Assembly (NCBI GenBank): GCA_038087875.1
Contig: CM075989.1
Location: forward strand, 20,772,001 to 20,836,000
Direction: 5' to 3'
Source: Malacoraja senta
Lineage: Eukaryota
DNA length: 64,000 nucleotides
Shown: positions 24,205-36,370 of the stretch, in pieces
How positions within the stretch are numbered: the stretch's first letter is position 1
Layout of the letters: the number at the start of each line of letters is the position of its first letter
Program-made: the position numbers and the translations under genes
Notes under the pieces: model-generated
Databases searched by the model: none
The model's input: the letters and a program-made list of their open reading frames with translations, nothing else
What the model was told of the DNA's origin: nothing

Positions 24205-24399
24205 GATGGCCCCATAGCAGAAGCGTCCACGTCGCGGGGCTGGAAACTGGAAGTATCCTGAGCTAATTCTGCTACCCACTTCATCCATGGTGACAAGTGA
24301 TGGCTCCCACTGATTGTCGCCGGAAGCTTGTGTCCTTTTCAGGACGGACGATGACAGCGAGGTCAACATTTGTAGCAAGATGGACACGAAAAGAAGAAG
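24205..24399 (+). mobile_element. Short non-autonomous retroelement (~190 nt) with HDV-like ribozyme head and Vingi-like tail, copy 2
   Basis: TSD atttgtgcat (24195-24204 and 24400-24409). Tail ggacacgaaaagaagaag. Homologous to 13369-13558 in the opposite orientation. No tRNA A/B boxes seen. Confidence 0.88.
24208..24274 (+). ncRNA. CPEB3/HDV-like ribozyme, fold apparently intact
   Basis: GGCCCC A UAGCAGAA GCG UCCACGU CGC GGGGCU GG AAACUGGAAGUAUCCUGAG CUAA UUCUGCUA. P1 is 6 bp with G1-U, P2 is a perfect 8 bp, P3 is 3 bp, P1.1 is CC/GG, and J4/2 is CUAA with the putative catalytic C at 24263. Confidence 0.88.
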
Positions 24400-24869
24400 A
24401 TTTGTGCATATTGAGAAAGGCTTGTGTTGCCGCTGTTCCCTTTCAGAACATCCCAAAACTCTTTGCTCATGGGCGCATTTTTTAACTGGAGCCACTGCTG
24501 TAATGTAGGAAATATGTCACCATATTTCTGCACAGCAGGATCCCAGAAATAGCAATGATCTGAACACCTGTACTTGCTTTTAGTGTCATGGGGCTGAGAG
24601 AGCAAGAGAGAGAGAGAGAGAGAGAGAAGGGGGGAATGTTCCCTAGATTATTTTAAGAGACAAGTAGACATGTACATGGATAGGACAGGGTTGGAGGGAT
24701 ATGGGCCAAACGCAGGCAGGTTGGACTAGATGGGGCATGTTGGTCATTGTGGGCAAGTTGGGCGAAAAGGTCTGTTTCCACGTTGTATGACTCTATGACT
24801 AGTCCCTCTAGCTTCATCGTGACCTACAGGGAAGGTGGATGATATCACAGGTTAGATGGTGCTTGGACT

Positions 24870-26045
24870 TGAAAGTGGATTCACAGGTGGATGGGGTGGT
24901 GAAGAAGGCATTTCATTCATTGGCCTTCATCAGTCAGGGTATTGAGTGTAGAAGTTGGGACACTATGTTACAGTTGTACAAGACATAGGTAAAACCCCGC
25001 TCAGAGTATTGTTTTCCATTTGTGTCATGCTACCATAGGATGGATGAGAAAAAGTAGCTGGGAAAAGTACAGGGAATTTACAGAATGTTGTCAGGACTCG
25101 AGGCCTGAGCTACAGAGAGAGGGTGGGCAGGCTAGCACTTTATTCCTTGTTGTGCATGAGGCTGAGGGTCTAAAAAATCACACGGAAAATAGTTGGAGTG
25201 AATGCACAGAATCTTTTTCTGATGGAGAGGAATCAAGATCGAGAGGGCACAGGTTTAAGATGAGAGGGGAAAGTCTTAAAATGAACCTGAGAGGCAACCT
25301 AATCACACAGAGGATGGTTGGTACATGGATCGAGCTGCCAGAGGAAAGGGCCTGTCCCACCAGCATGCGACTGCACGCGGCAAGCGTGACCTAACGCGGT
25401 CGCTTGAGCCGTACGGCCTCGCGGGGCCGGTCCCACTTCGATCGCCGGAGCCGTATGGAGTTGTGCGGAGCTGGTCCCGACATCGCGCGGGGCTCCGAAA
25501 AACTGACTGCCCAAAAATTCCGCGCGGCAACGGCCTGCCGGCCCACAGCCGCATTGAGGCCGTACGCACCGCCTCGTCGGGCATGCGCAGCGTCTCGACG
25601 CCGTACGCAGCTTCTTGACGCAGTACGCAGCGTCTTGACGGCGTACGCCTAGCGCGAACTTCCCGCGGACTTCGCTCGAACTTCACGTCATCTCTTACGG
25701 GATCACTCGACCTCCGCGCGGCCCTGCTTCCGGTTTGCTCGCGCTCGCCGCCATGCAGTCGCATGCCTGGGGGACCGGCCCTGTACGAGGATCACTCGAC
25801 CTCCGCGCGACCCCCGCGCGGCCCCCGCTTCCGGTTTTGGTCGCGCTTGCCGGCATGCAGTCGCATGCTGGTGGGACCGGCCCTGTACGGGGCTCACTCG
25901 ACCTCCGCTCGACCTCCGCGCGACCCCCGCGCGGACCCCGCTTCCGGTTTGGTCGCGCTTGCCGCATGCAGTCGCATGCTCGTGGGACAGGCCTGAAGTA
26001 GTTGAGAGATGTACTATAACAGCATTTAAAAGATACTTAGAGAGG
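24870..26045 (+). mobile_element. Degenerate CR1 ORF2 3' region interrupted by a MITE
   Basis: SRGHRFKMRG..ITQRMVGTWIELPEE continues as gtagttgag after the MITE at 25347-25994. Confidence 0.75.
25347..25994. mobile_element. CpG-rich Harbinger-type MITE with triplicated right-end module
   Basis: TIR agg(g)cctgtcccac(c/g)agcatgcgactgca; GAA TSD (25344-25346 and 25995-25997). Confidence 0.85.
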
Positions 26046-26240
26046 TAGTGTCAGTTTAGTTTATTGTCACGTGTGCGAGGTAGAATGAAAAGCTTTTTGT
26101 TGAGTGATATCCAGTCAGGGGAAAGACAACACATGATTACAATTGGGCCATTTACAGTGTATAGAATCGTGATAAGGGAATAACTATTACTGCAAGGTAA
26201 AAGCCAGCAAAGTCCGATCAAGGATAGTCCCGAGTGTTTC

Positions 26241-26637
26241 AGAAAGAACTGCAGATGATGGAAAAATCGAAGGTAGACAAAATGCTGGAGAAACTCAGCA
26301 GGTGAAGCAGCATCTATGGAGTGAAGGAATAGGTGATGTTTTGGGTCGAGGCCCTTCTTCAGACTGATGTGGGGTGGTGGGGGCGCGGGAAGAAGAAAGG
26401 AAGAGGCGGAGACAGTAGGCTAGTGGGAGAGCTGGGAAGGGGAGGGGAAGGAGGGAGAAAGGAAGGGCTACCTGAATTGGAGAAGTCAATGTTCATACCG
26501 CTGGGGTGTAAACTACCAAGCGAAAGATGAGGTGCTGCTCCTCCAATTTGCAGTGGGACTCACTCTGGCCATGGAGGAGGCCCAGGACAGAAAGGTCGGA
26601 TTTGGAATGGGAGGGGGAGTTGAAGTGCTGAGCCACC
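26241..26637 (-). mobile_element. Penelope-like element 3' fragment (GIY-YIG C-terminus and pseudo-LTR)
   Basis: Minus frame VAQHFNSPSHSKSDLSVLGLLHGQSESHCKLEEQHLIFRL..LHPSGMNIDFSN, followed by the tctgaagaaggg..cc(c/a)aaac motif shared with the short palindromic units. Confidence 0.85.
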
Positions 26638-27511
26638 ATGAGTCCGAGGGTCACCAATGAGGAAGACAGTTGTTCAGCACTGCTCTCCGGTTGTGGTAGG
26701 ATGGTTCGTTGCCTGATAAAAGCTGGGAAGAAACTGTCCCTGAATCTGGAGGTGCATGGATAAGGAACATTTAGAGGGATACGGGGACGAACGCAGGCAA
26801 ATGGGACTAGCTTAGATGGGGCATGGACAAGTTGGGCTTGTTTCTGTGCTGTGTGACTCTATGACTGGTGTTGAATTAACCAGCATCATATGAATCTTTA
26901 AACCAGATGGGGGAAAAAAACTTCATCAGTTCTTTCACAATCTATTCTGGATGGTTTGCTTCATCTTGTACTGTACATGAGCTGATTTCTATTTTGAAAT
27001 CAAATTGCCTGAGGCAAAGATTTGACATTATGTGTTGTATCTGCATTGTGACACGTGACGGGGAATGAGAGGTTGAGAATGGAGAACGGGTACAGCTGCC
27101 CTTTCTTCTTCCACCCTTTGCTCCAGACCTCTCCACTTAACTTAACTTTGCTTTCTTTGATGAGAATTTTTGATTTCACATACTGATAAGTACGGTGCTT
27201 TATTTATGATAAAGTCCTGTACGGGCACTTCTGTAAAGTTAAAAGCGAGATTTTTCAATTTTTAGAATTTTAATTTGATTTGATACTTTTTCTAACGTGG
27301 AGCAGTACAGCACAAGAACAGGCCCTTTGGCCCACAATGTCGGTGCTGAACATGATGCCAAGTTAAGCTAATCTTCTCTCCCTGCACGTGACCTATATCC
27401 CTCCATTCCATATCCATGTGCCCATCTAAAAGTCTCTTAAACGCCACTATTGCAACATGTTTCAGGCACCCACCACTCTGTGTGAAAAACTTGCCCCGCA
27501 CATCTCCTTTA

Positions 27512-27827
27512 AAGCCCTATCCCACTGTACGAGTTTATTCAAGAGCTCTCCCGAGTTTAAAAAAAATCAAACTCGTGGAAGCACATAGAATGTACGTAGC
27601 GGGTACGTCGGAGCTCGGGGACGTCTCTTAGCGGCTCTTAATGCCAACGGCAGGTACTCGGGAAACGCGGTAAGCTCGGGAAGACTCGTGAAGATTTTTC
27701 AACATGTTGAAAAATGTCCACGAGAGCCCCGAGTACCTACGAGCGACCATTACTGTGAATATCCGAGTTTGAATCAGGGCAAACTTGGGAGAACTCTTGA
27801 ATGAACTTGTACAGTGGGACAGGGCTT
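27512..27827. mobile_element. PIF/Harbinger-type MITE, same family as 23271-23589, inverted
   Basis: TIR aagccct(a/g)tcccactgtac; TTA TSD; internal sequence is the reverse complement of 23271-23589. Confidence 0.9.
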
Positions 27828-27991
27828 TTACATTTCACCCCTCTCATGTTAAAGCTATGCCCTCTGGCCTTCTTCTTATCAAGTCCACACACAAGATTAG
27901 AAGTTGTTCAGCCAGAGCTGAACACACATCTCAGCATCTGCATACAATGGTGTCTGTCTTGTTGCTTCTTGTGCTTCTTGTGCGTGGTGGT

Positions 27992-28045
27992 GGAAAGATT
28001 GGTGGAAACAAGGGCCGCGACGTGAACGCTCTTTCCTTGACCCCA
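27992..28045 (-). ncRNA. Minimal (P4-less) CPEB3/HDV-like ribozyme fold
   Basis: Minus strand: (U)GGGGUC AA GGAAAGA GCG UUCACGU CGC GGCCCUU GU UUCCA CCAA UCUUUCC. P2 is a perfect 7 bp, P3 is GCG/CGC and L3 is UUCACGU. Followed by the tail acgcacaagaagcacaagaagcaacaaga to 27957. Confidence 0.78.
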
Positions 28046-28827
28046 TGCCCTCTGGTAAACAGGGAGGTAAATTGATGCGGAAAAAAACTTGATAACATTT
28101 TTTAATTGATATATACACTGGCAACTTTTTGTCCACAAAAAAACCACAGGGTTTGTTAATGGTACAATCAAAAATTGCAGAATCTCTCCAATTTACTCTA
28201 CACTATCCAATTTTGTGGGAAGGAACTGCAGATGCTGGTTTACAATGAAGATAGACACAAAATGCCGGAGTAACTCAGCGGGACTGGGTACATCGTTGAT
28301 AGAAGGCATGGGTGACGTTTCGGGTCGAGACCCTTCTTCAGACTCATTTCTGAAGTCCAGTCTGAAGAAGGGTCACGCCCCGAAACATCACCCATTCCTT
28401 CCAACCAGAGATGCTGAGTTACTCCAGCATTTTGTGTCTATCCACACTGTCCATTTGATGTGGTCTCATCGAAATCTTATGTCACGCTTTGGATTGTGTT
28501 CTTTAAACTGAGGGTATTTGCAGTTTTGTACAAGTTCCCTGCATCAGTTTAGTTGTTACTTTGTTCAAAATCCATGAGAAGAGTTGATGGAAGATGTTTG
28601 TACTAATACTTCATATTTTACATTCAATGGAAGCAGCTTCAAAGAATTGATGTAAACTTGTTCTTCTTTTGTTTTAAATACTTAGCTTTCTCCATTGAGG
28701 AAAGGCAAGCGGGAGGTGTTGATTCCAATGCTGAACTACGATTTACCTCTTTGGTAACGCTCGGACGATCCTTGATCGGACTTTGCTGGCTTTACCTTGC
28801 ACTAAACGTTATTCCCTTATCATATCC

Positions 28828-29250
28828 CTCGCTAGAATTTAGGAGATTGAGAGGGGATCTTATAGAAACGTACAAAATTCTTATGGGGTTGGACAGGCTA
28901 GATGCAGGAAGATTGCTCCCGATGTTGGGGAAGTCCAGGACAAGGGGTCACAGCTTAAGGATAAGGGGGAAATCCTTTAAAACCGAGATGAGAAGAACTT
29001 TTTTCACACAGAGAGTGGTGAATCTCTGGAACTCTCTGCCACAGAGGGTAGTTGAGGCCAGTTCATTGGCTATATTTAAGAGGGAGTTAGATGTGGCCCT
29101 TGTGGCTAAAGGGATCAGAGGGTATGGAGAGAAGGCAGGCACGGGATACTGAGTTGGATGATCAGCCATGATCATATTGAATGGCGGTGTAGGCTCGAAG
29201 GGCCGAATGGCCTACTCCTGCACCTATTTTCTATGTATCTATGTATCTAT
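28828..29250 (+). mobile_element. Young CR1 3' fragment inserted in a Rex1-type tail
   Basis: SLEFRRLRGDLIETYKIL...RTRGHSLRIRG...GY* with a (tatgtatc)n tail. Confidence 0.9.
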
Positions 29251-30272
29251 GTATATATACACTGTAAATGGCAGAATTGTAATCATGTATTGTCTTTCCA
29301 GTGACTGGATAGCATGCAGCAAAAGCTTTTCGCAATACCTAGGTGACAATAAACTAAGCTAAACTAAACTCCTTGCATTTCAAGTCAAGTCAAGTCACTT
29401 TTATTTCTATAGCACATTTAAAAAACAATTCTCGTTGGCCAAAGTGCTTTACATTGGTGGAGGTACTAACGTTATACAACAGTGGTTCATAGAATTAAGT
29501 ACATACATCAATACATACATATAGTCCTCACTCGGAGGACGTCAAGAAAGGCTTTAGAGTAAAAACCATTTCCTTTCCATCCCTGCTCATTTTTTTTTAC
29601 CTTCCCAGCTATTAAAATGCTTCGTGCATTTCAGTGGGAATGAATTACTGTCTATTATATGATTTTTATTCTTTAATCAGTTTCCCTGAATTAACTAAAA
29701 AATATCAATCTTATAGTCTCCCAAGCACAGCCTATTTCATAATGGTTTTGCATGCCAAATTACCTGTGTTATTGGCAGTCGAAACAAAAATAAAGTTGTT
29801 GAAAAAGGGTCCCGGGTTTCATTTTCTTTTGTACACCACACTCATTCTGTGATTCGATCAATGTTCCATCAGACAGATTATGGTTTATTTGCTGTAAATC
29901 ATAGTGAAATAGCAACAGGCAAAGCATTCACAGTTGGAAGGTAATTGTGTCTCAGTACCTCCATTAGTTACCTAAGTATCCGTATCAACCCAACAATAGA
30001 TTATTTGACGCTAATTTGGAACGAGAGCATTTCCGTGGCGACACTATCCATAAAGAGCAGCCAAAAGCAGTATTTTGTAAAACTCTATTTAGAACCAAAA
30101 ATAACTTAGCAATGAAACCTGACAAAACTAAATAAGTGAGATGCAAAAAACTGTGTTAAAAGGAAGGTAGACAAAAATGCTGGAGAAACTCAGCGGGTGC
30201 AGCAGCATCTATGGAGCGAAGGAAATAGGCAACGTTTCGGGCCGAAACCCTTCTTCAGACTCAAGGAACACA

Positions 30273-30536
30273 GGGGCGGCACAGTGGTGCAGTGGTATAG
30301 TTGCTGCCTTACAGTGCCAGAGATCTGTGTTCGATCCTGGCTACCAGTGTTGTCTGTAAATAGTTTGTACGTTATTCCTGTGACCTGCGTGGGTTTTCTC
30401 TGGGTGCTCTGGTTTCCTTCCACACTCCAACAATGTACAGACTTGTAAAACTGTTCCCAGTGTGTAGGATAGTGCTGGCGGAAGGGGTGATTGCTGTTCG
30501 TCGTGAACTCGCTGGGCCTGTTTCCCCGCTGTATCT
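30273..30536 (+). mobile_element. V-SINE
   Basis: Head, core and tail homology. Confidence 0.82.
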
Positions 30537-31211
30537 CACCAACTTGAACTACAAATGCTGGAATCTTAATTAAAACACCAAGTGTTGGAGGAACTCAATG
30601 GGACGGGGAGCATTTGTGAAAGGATTGGACAGAGGCCATTTTGGGTTGGGGCCCTTCTTTCGACTCAGGTCGACCCGCTGAGCTCCTCCAGCACCTCGTG
30701 TTTTGATTCAGATTTAACAACTTTGTTTCAGATTGAATTAAATCAATAAAACACTATCAATTTGTGACCGCTCTTCCCTAAAAGCACAATAACTATTCAA
30801 ATCGTCAATTAATCTTTTCTGTTTCCGGTCTCAGAGATGAAACGGAAAAGATGAAAACAGAGCAAACAGGACAATCGGGTTTATGATCTCAACCTAATAT
30901 CTCAGGTTACACTATTCTGCATATTTCCCTTTATATATATATAGAAACATAGGTGCAGGAGTAGCCACTTGGCCCTTCGAGCCAGCACCGCCATTCAATA
31001 TGATCATGGCTGATCATCCACAATCAGTACCCCGTTCCTGCTTTCTCCCCATATGCTCATCTGATATATATTAAATAATAATAATATTATAATACAACTT
31101 ATTACATAACAAACTTCTCCTTATCATATATCTGTACACTGCGGACGGCTCGATTGTGATCATGTGCTGACTGGTTAGCATGCTACAAAACCTTTTCCCT
31201 GTACCTCGGTT

Positions 31212-31607
31212 CATAGATACATAGATACATAGAAAATAGGTGCAGGAGTAGGCCATTCGGCCCTTCGAGCCTGCACCGCCATTCAATATGATCATGGCTG
31301 ATCATCCAACTCAGTATCCCGTACCTGCCTTCTCTCCATACCCCCTGATCTCCTTAGCCACAAGGGCCACATCTAACTCCCTCTTAAATATAGCCAGTGA
31401 ACTGGCCTCAACTACCCTCTGTGGCAGAGAGTTCCAGAGATTCACCACTCTCTGTGTGAAAAAGTTTTTCCTCATCTCGGTCTTAAAGGATTTCCCCCTT
31501 ATCCTTAAGCTGTGACCCCTTGTCCTGGACTTCCCCAACATCGGGAACAATCTTCCTGCATCTAGCCTGTCCAACCCCATAAGAATTGTGTACGTTTCTA
31601 TAAGATC
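31212..31607 (-). mobile_element. Young CR1 3' fragment
   Basis: DLIETYTILMGLDRLDAGRLFPMLGKSRTRGH...GY*; near-identical to 28828-29250. Confidence 0.9.
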
Positions 31608-33616
31608 ATGTGGCAAGAAACTAAACTGAACTCAAATAGCTGCAATCAGATGGAATGGCATCCCAATAACTACAGTTTAAGATAAGAATGAACGATTATT
31701 CACTTGTTGGCTTCCAAGACGCAAAGGGTTAAAAGCCGACCATGTATTTCATTGACCTACACGTACTGTAACTGTAAGAGCTGCCGACTGCTTAATGACA
31801 TGAATCATGTCTGCGTTTATGTTTGGCACTCCGGGACTTTCTAATGTATTTTAAGATGTTCTAGGTTCAGCAAAGGCCCTTCTGTCAATTATGGTGATGT
31901 CAGGAAATCACTGAGATCACTATGCGTCAATGCATAGCATTTAGACAAAGGTTTTAGCATGTCAGCTATTGTGACTCGCAACCCTATCGGTTTAAAAGAA
32001 AAAGTCAAATGCATTTGCTTTGATGAAATTTGTTTGGGATATTTTACAATGAATATTAATCAATTATTAAGTGAGCTAGTTTTGTTCCCTGGTAATAGAA
32101 CGCAGGGCTAGCTTCTGAAATGCCTGTCACACCGAAGAACTATATACATGCCTTGAATCCACTAAGTCTTCAGAATGGTAATGTTATTAATGTAGTGGAT
32201 ACCAGATGCCAGTGCTTTAATGCAGCTTTTAACTTTTGTTTTAAACAGAGTTCTCTACCTTGCCTATTCCCTGCTGAGTATTTTCAACCCATTCCCCCAG
32301 CAAATTTGAGTGTTGTTTTAAATCCTTTTAGATCATAAATGGAAGACGTCCAGGATCTGACAGCTGACTGAGCTGCATCCTCCCAATGATCACTGAACGA
32401 GATCACAATCCGCAAGTGACCCATGCTCGCCAACTTCTATATTTAACTCCGTTTCCAGGATGATGGCTTTGGAAGCGTTCTGCTTTGTTTTTTTGTTATT
32501 AGAAGAATGCCGATTTAAATGCGCAAAAGTCAAATGGTTCTTTCTTAATGTGAATGCTGTTATTCGTGCTGCAGTGCATGCGACTTGTTCAGGTCATTTG
32601 GTGGGTGACTTGGTGCCAGTTGAAGCTGGGATAAGCGGGACATTTAGAGGTCTCCCATAGTTCACCCCTGCCCTGCCCTGAAGAGAGTTGATTATTGCTT
32701 TAGAGTCATAGAGTCATAAGGTCATAAGTGATAGGAGCAGAATTAGGCCATTTGGCCCATCAAGTCTACTCCGCCATTCAATCATGCCTGATCTATCTCT
32801 CCCGCCTAACCCCATTCTCCTGCCTTCTCCCCATCAACTCTGATGCCTGTACTGATCAGGCCATACAGCATGGAGCCAGGCCCTTCGGCCCAACTTGCCA
32901 ATGCCAACCAACATGCCCTACCTACACTAGTCCCACCTTTGGTCAGTCAGGATTGAGCACGGGTCCCTGGTGCTGTAAGGCAGCAAAACCAGCATCTGCA
33001 GCTCCTTCACAAGCTCCTCCTCTCAGACCCTGGAAGCAGACAGCTTCTTGGTATCCTCCTTGGGGGGGATGCCGAAACCTATCATCGATGCAACTGCAAT
33101 AAGCTCTCAGCACTGAACGAATGGACAGTCTCTGAATGTCATCATCTGCGGAGGTCAGTACTACAAAAAATCCAATGACTTTTTCACAAGGGTCAATCGC
33201 TCACATTCAGTTGATTTGCTGTTTCCAGCAAGAGTCTTTCAACATCAACATCTCACATGTCTTGTTTAGTACGGGTGTCGGGGGTTATGGGGAGATGGCA
33301 GGAGAATGGGGTTGCGAGGGGAATGTAGGACAATTGGATAGATCAGCCATGATGGAATGGCGGAGTAGACGCGATGGGCCGAATGGCCTCATTCTGCGAC
33401 TATAGTTTAGTTCATTGTCACGTGTACCGAGGTGCAGTGAAAAGCTTTTGTTGCGTGCTAACCAGTCAGCGGAAAGACTACACATGATTACGATCGAACC
33501 ATTCGCAGTGTACAGATAGCGTAGTTAAAGTAAAACGTGGAGCGATTGTAATGCATGTTTGCTGATCGATGTCTGTGACCAGCACACACAGAGTCGCCTG
33601 GCTTGGGCGACCTTAA

Positions 33617-33817
33617 AGGGCCTGTCCCACTTGGCCGTCATTTGCGCCTAATTTACGCGACATCATTTACGCGTCACGACGCACGACGTGCGCATGGTGC
33701 GCGATGACATAGGCAGTGACGCGCGGCAGCACGCGGCGTCGCAGGAGTTTGTGATGTACAAAATCTTTGCGCGCTATCTGCGTGACTCGCAAATGACGGC
33801 CAAGTGGGACAGGCCCT
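33617..33817. mobile_element. PIF/Harbinger-type MITE (201 bp)
   Basis: Perfect 30-bp TIR agggcctgtcccacttggccgtcatttgcg; TAA TSD. Confidence 0.92.
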
Positions 33818-33915
33818 TAAGGTTTCTGTTGAATAATTGCTGGGGGTTGGGAGACTGGATACGGCATAGAAAAATCTGTAAATTCACTCAAGACACAAGT
33901 AACCGCTGACGCTTG

Positions 33916-34229
33916 TTTAGTTTAGAGATACAGCGCGGAAACAGGCCCTTTTGGCCCAACCGGGTCCGCGCCGACCAGTGATGCCCGCACGTTAACACTA
34001 TCCTACACCCACGAGGGACAATTTTTACATTTACCGAGCCAATTAACCTACATACCTGTACGTCTTTGGAGTGTGGTTGGAAACCGAAGATATCGGTGAA
34101 AGCCCACGCAGGTCACGGGGAGAACGTACAAACTCCGCACAGACAGCACCCGTAGTCGGGATCGAACCCGGGTCTCCGGCGCTGCATTCGCTGTAAGGCA
34201 GCAACTCTACCGCTGCGCCACCGTGCCGC
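33916..34229 (-). mobile_element. V-SINE (young, CpG-rich)
   Basis: Near-identical to 40241-40555. Confidence 0.9.
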
Positions 34230-35114
34230 AGTTTGCAAAAAATGACGCAGAGTGCTGGAGTAACTCAATTGGCCAGGCAGCATCTCTGGAGAATATAGAT
34301 AGGTGAAGTTTTGGGTCAGGACCCTTCTTCTGACAGATTGTGCTGGGGAGGGGGTGGGGGAGGAGGAGAAAACACCTGGAAGAGAGGAGGGGGAGAGCAA
34401 AGACTGGTGAGTGATATATGGATACTCATTTGTATCGACCTGTTACTCATCAGGGTTAGTCCTTCCCCTCATCTCTTTTCCAGCTTTCTGCTCCCAACCC
34501 TCCCACCACAATCGTTCTGAAGAAGAGTCCCGACCCGAAACATCACCTATCCATGTAATAACAAGGAACTACAGATGCTGGTTTATACCAGAGATAGACA
34601 CAAAATGCTGGAGTAACTCAGCGGGTCAGGCAGCATCTCCGGAGAAAAAGGACAGGTGACATCTCAGGATGGGACCATTCGAAAGGTCTCGACCTGAAAC
34701 ACCTCCCATCCATTATCTCCAGAGATGCTGCCTGACCCGATGGGTTGCTCCTGCTTTTTGTGTCCAGCTATCGGTGTAAATTCACTCTGCTGTTTTCATG
34801 AGTATAAATGCCGTTGGACAGAGTTGAAATTTTCCCCCATCACCAATAGTTTAATCTGGAGTGGTTAGTGTGTTTAAGAGCAAATAAAATAGAGTCGGGA
34901 TTCTTGAGAGGCTGCTTGACCAATCTGATTACCTCATTACAGAAGGCAGTGGTTGCACTCTGACTGTCTCAGGGCAGGTTTCTAAGGGAACCTGACAGAT
35001 TTCATGCCTCTACTTAACGCCGAGATTAAATCACAAACGGCAACAAACCATTTCTGGCATTTCACAAATAAAGTATCTGTGCTTAGCAGTACTTCGAACA
35101 GCTTCAGCGATGTA

Positions 35115-35489
35115 CAGGTCCACCAATGATGTACAGGTCCACCCTTGGTTCCAGAGCGTTGCTGGATTATTCGCTTTGCCGGACCAACAGAGGTCACGGC
35201 TTCCGAGAGGAGTCCGACGGCCGAGGGGGTCGAGACACCGGCCCGCAAGGTCGGCTTCGGCCGTCGGCTGATGGGAACGGATCAGGGGTTCCACAGCCCC
35301 GGCTGCAGGGGGGCAAATTCCACCCGCCGATCGGCCACGGAAGTCCCGATGAGGTCGAGATCGGCCGCCTCACCCGGCCTAGGTGCCATATTTTCGTGGG
35401 GGGGGGGATTCCAAATACACTCTCGTAATTTAATCCGGATTAAAGGAGATGCAGGACCACCAGTTGTCAGAGAATTGGTGGAGGACCTG
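35115..35489. mobile_element. Tc1/pogo-type non-autonomous element
   Basis: TA-flanked ends caggtccaccaat and attggtgg(agg)acctg. The left end is tandemly duplicated (gatgtacaggtccacc twice). GC-rich interior. Confidence 0.6.
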
Positions 35490-36370
35490 TATTTGTCTGT
35501 AATGATCTGCCTTTGGTGATGATATCATCATACTGTATATCTGCTATAAACTCATGTGGTACTTGTTGCAGGAATCTCTCCTAAGATTAATATAGTTTGG
35601 AATGTAAGATTGTAAGTCTGGTTTATTGCTCAGCTACGGGATTCACTAAACCTGATGACAAAGATAGACAAAACAACTAAATACATAGGGGGAAAAAACA
35701 CCAGTGTAGCAAAACTCTTCATCGTTACCCTGGTCATGCCCTCATTTCACTCACTATGACCAGGAAGAAGATATAGGGGTATGAAAACCTTGGCCACCAG
35801 ATTCAAGAATAGCTCTTTCCCAACAACCATCAGGGTCTTGAACTCTGCACAACACTAACCTCAACTATGAACGTCTATGGTTGTACTGAGGAACACAGAA
35901 CATAGAAAGGTACAGCACAGGAACAGGCCCTTCGGCCCACAATGTCTGTGCTGAACATGATGCCAAGACCAACTCTTATCAGCCTGCACATAATCCCTTT
36001 CCCTCCATATCCATGTTCATAGGTTCAAATGTTCATAAGTTCTAGGAGCAGAATTCGGTCATTCGGCCCATCAAGTCTACTCTGCCATTCAATCATGCCT
36101 TGTCTATCTTTCCCCCTTAACCCCATTCCCCTGCCTTCTCCCATTAACCCCTGACACCCGTACTAATCAGAAAATTGTCAATCTCTGCTTAAAGATACAC
36201 AGCAGTCTGTGGCAATAAATTCCACAGATTCACTAAAGAAATTCCTCCTCATCTCCTTTCTAAAGGTACGTCCTTTTATTCTGACGCTGTGGCCTCTGGT
36301 CCTGGATTCTCCCACTAGGGGAAACATCCTCTCCACATCCTCTTTATCCAGACATTATCTGGTAGGTTTA

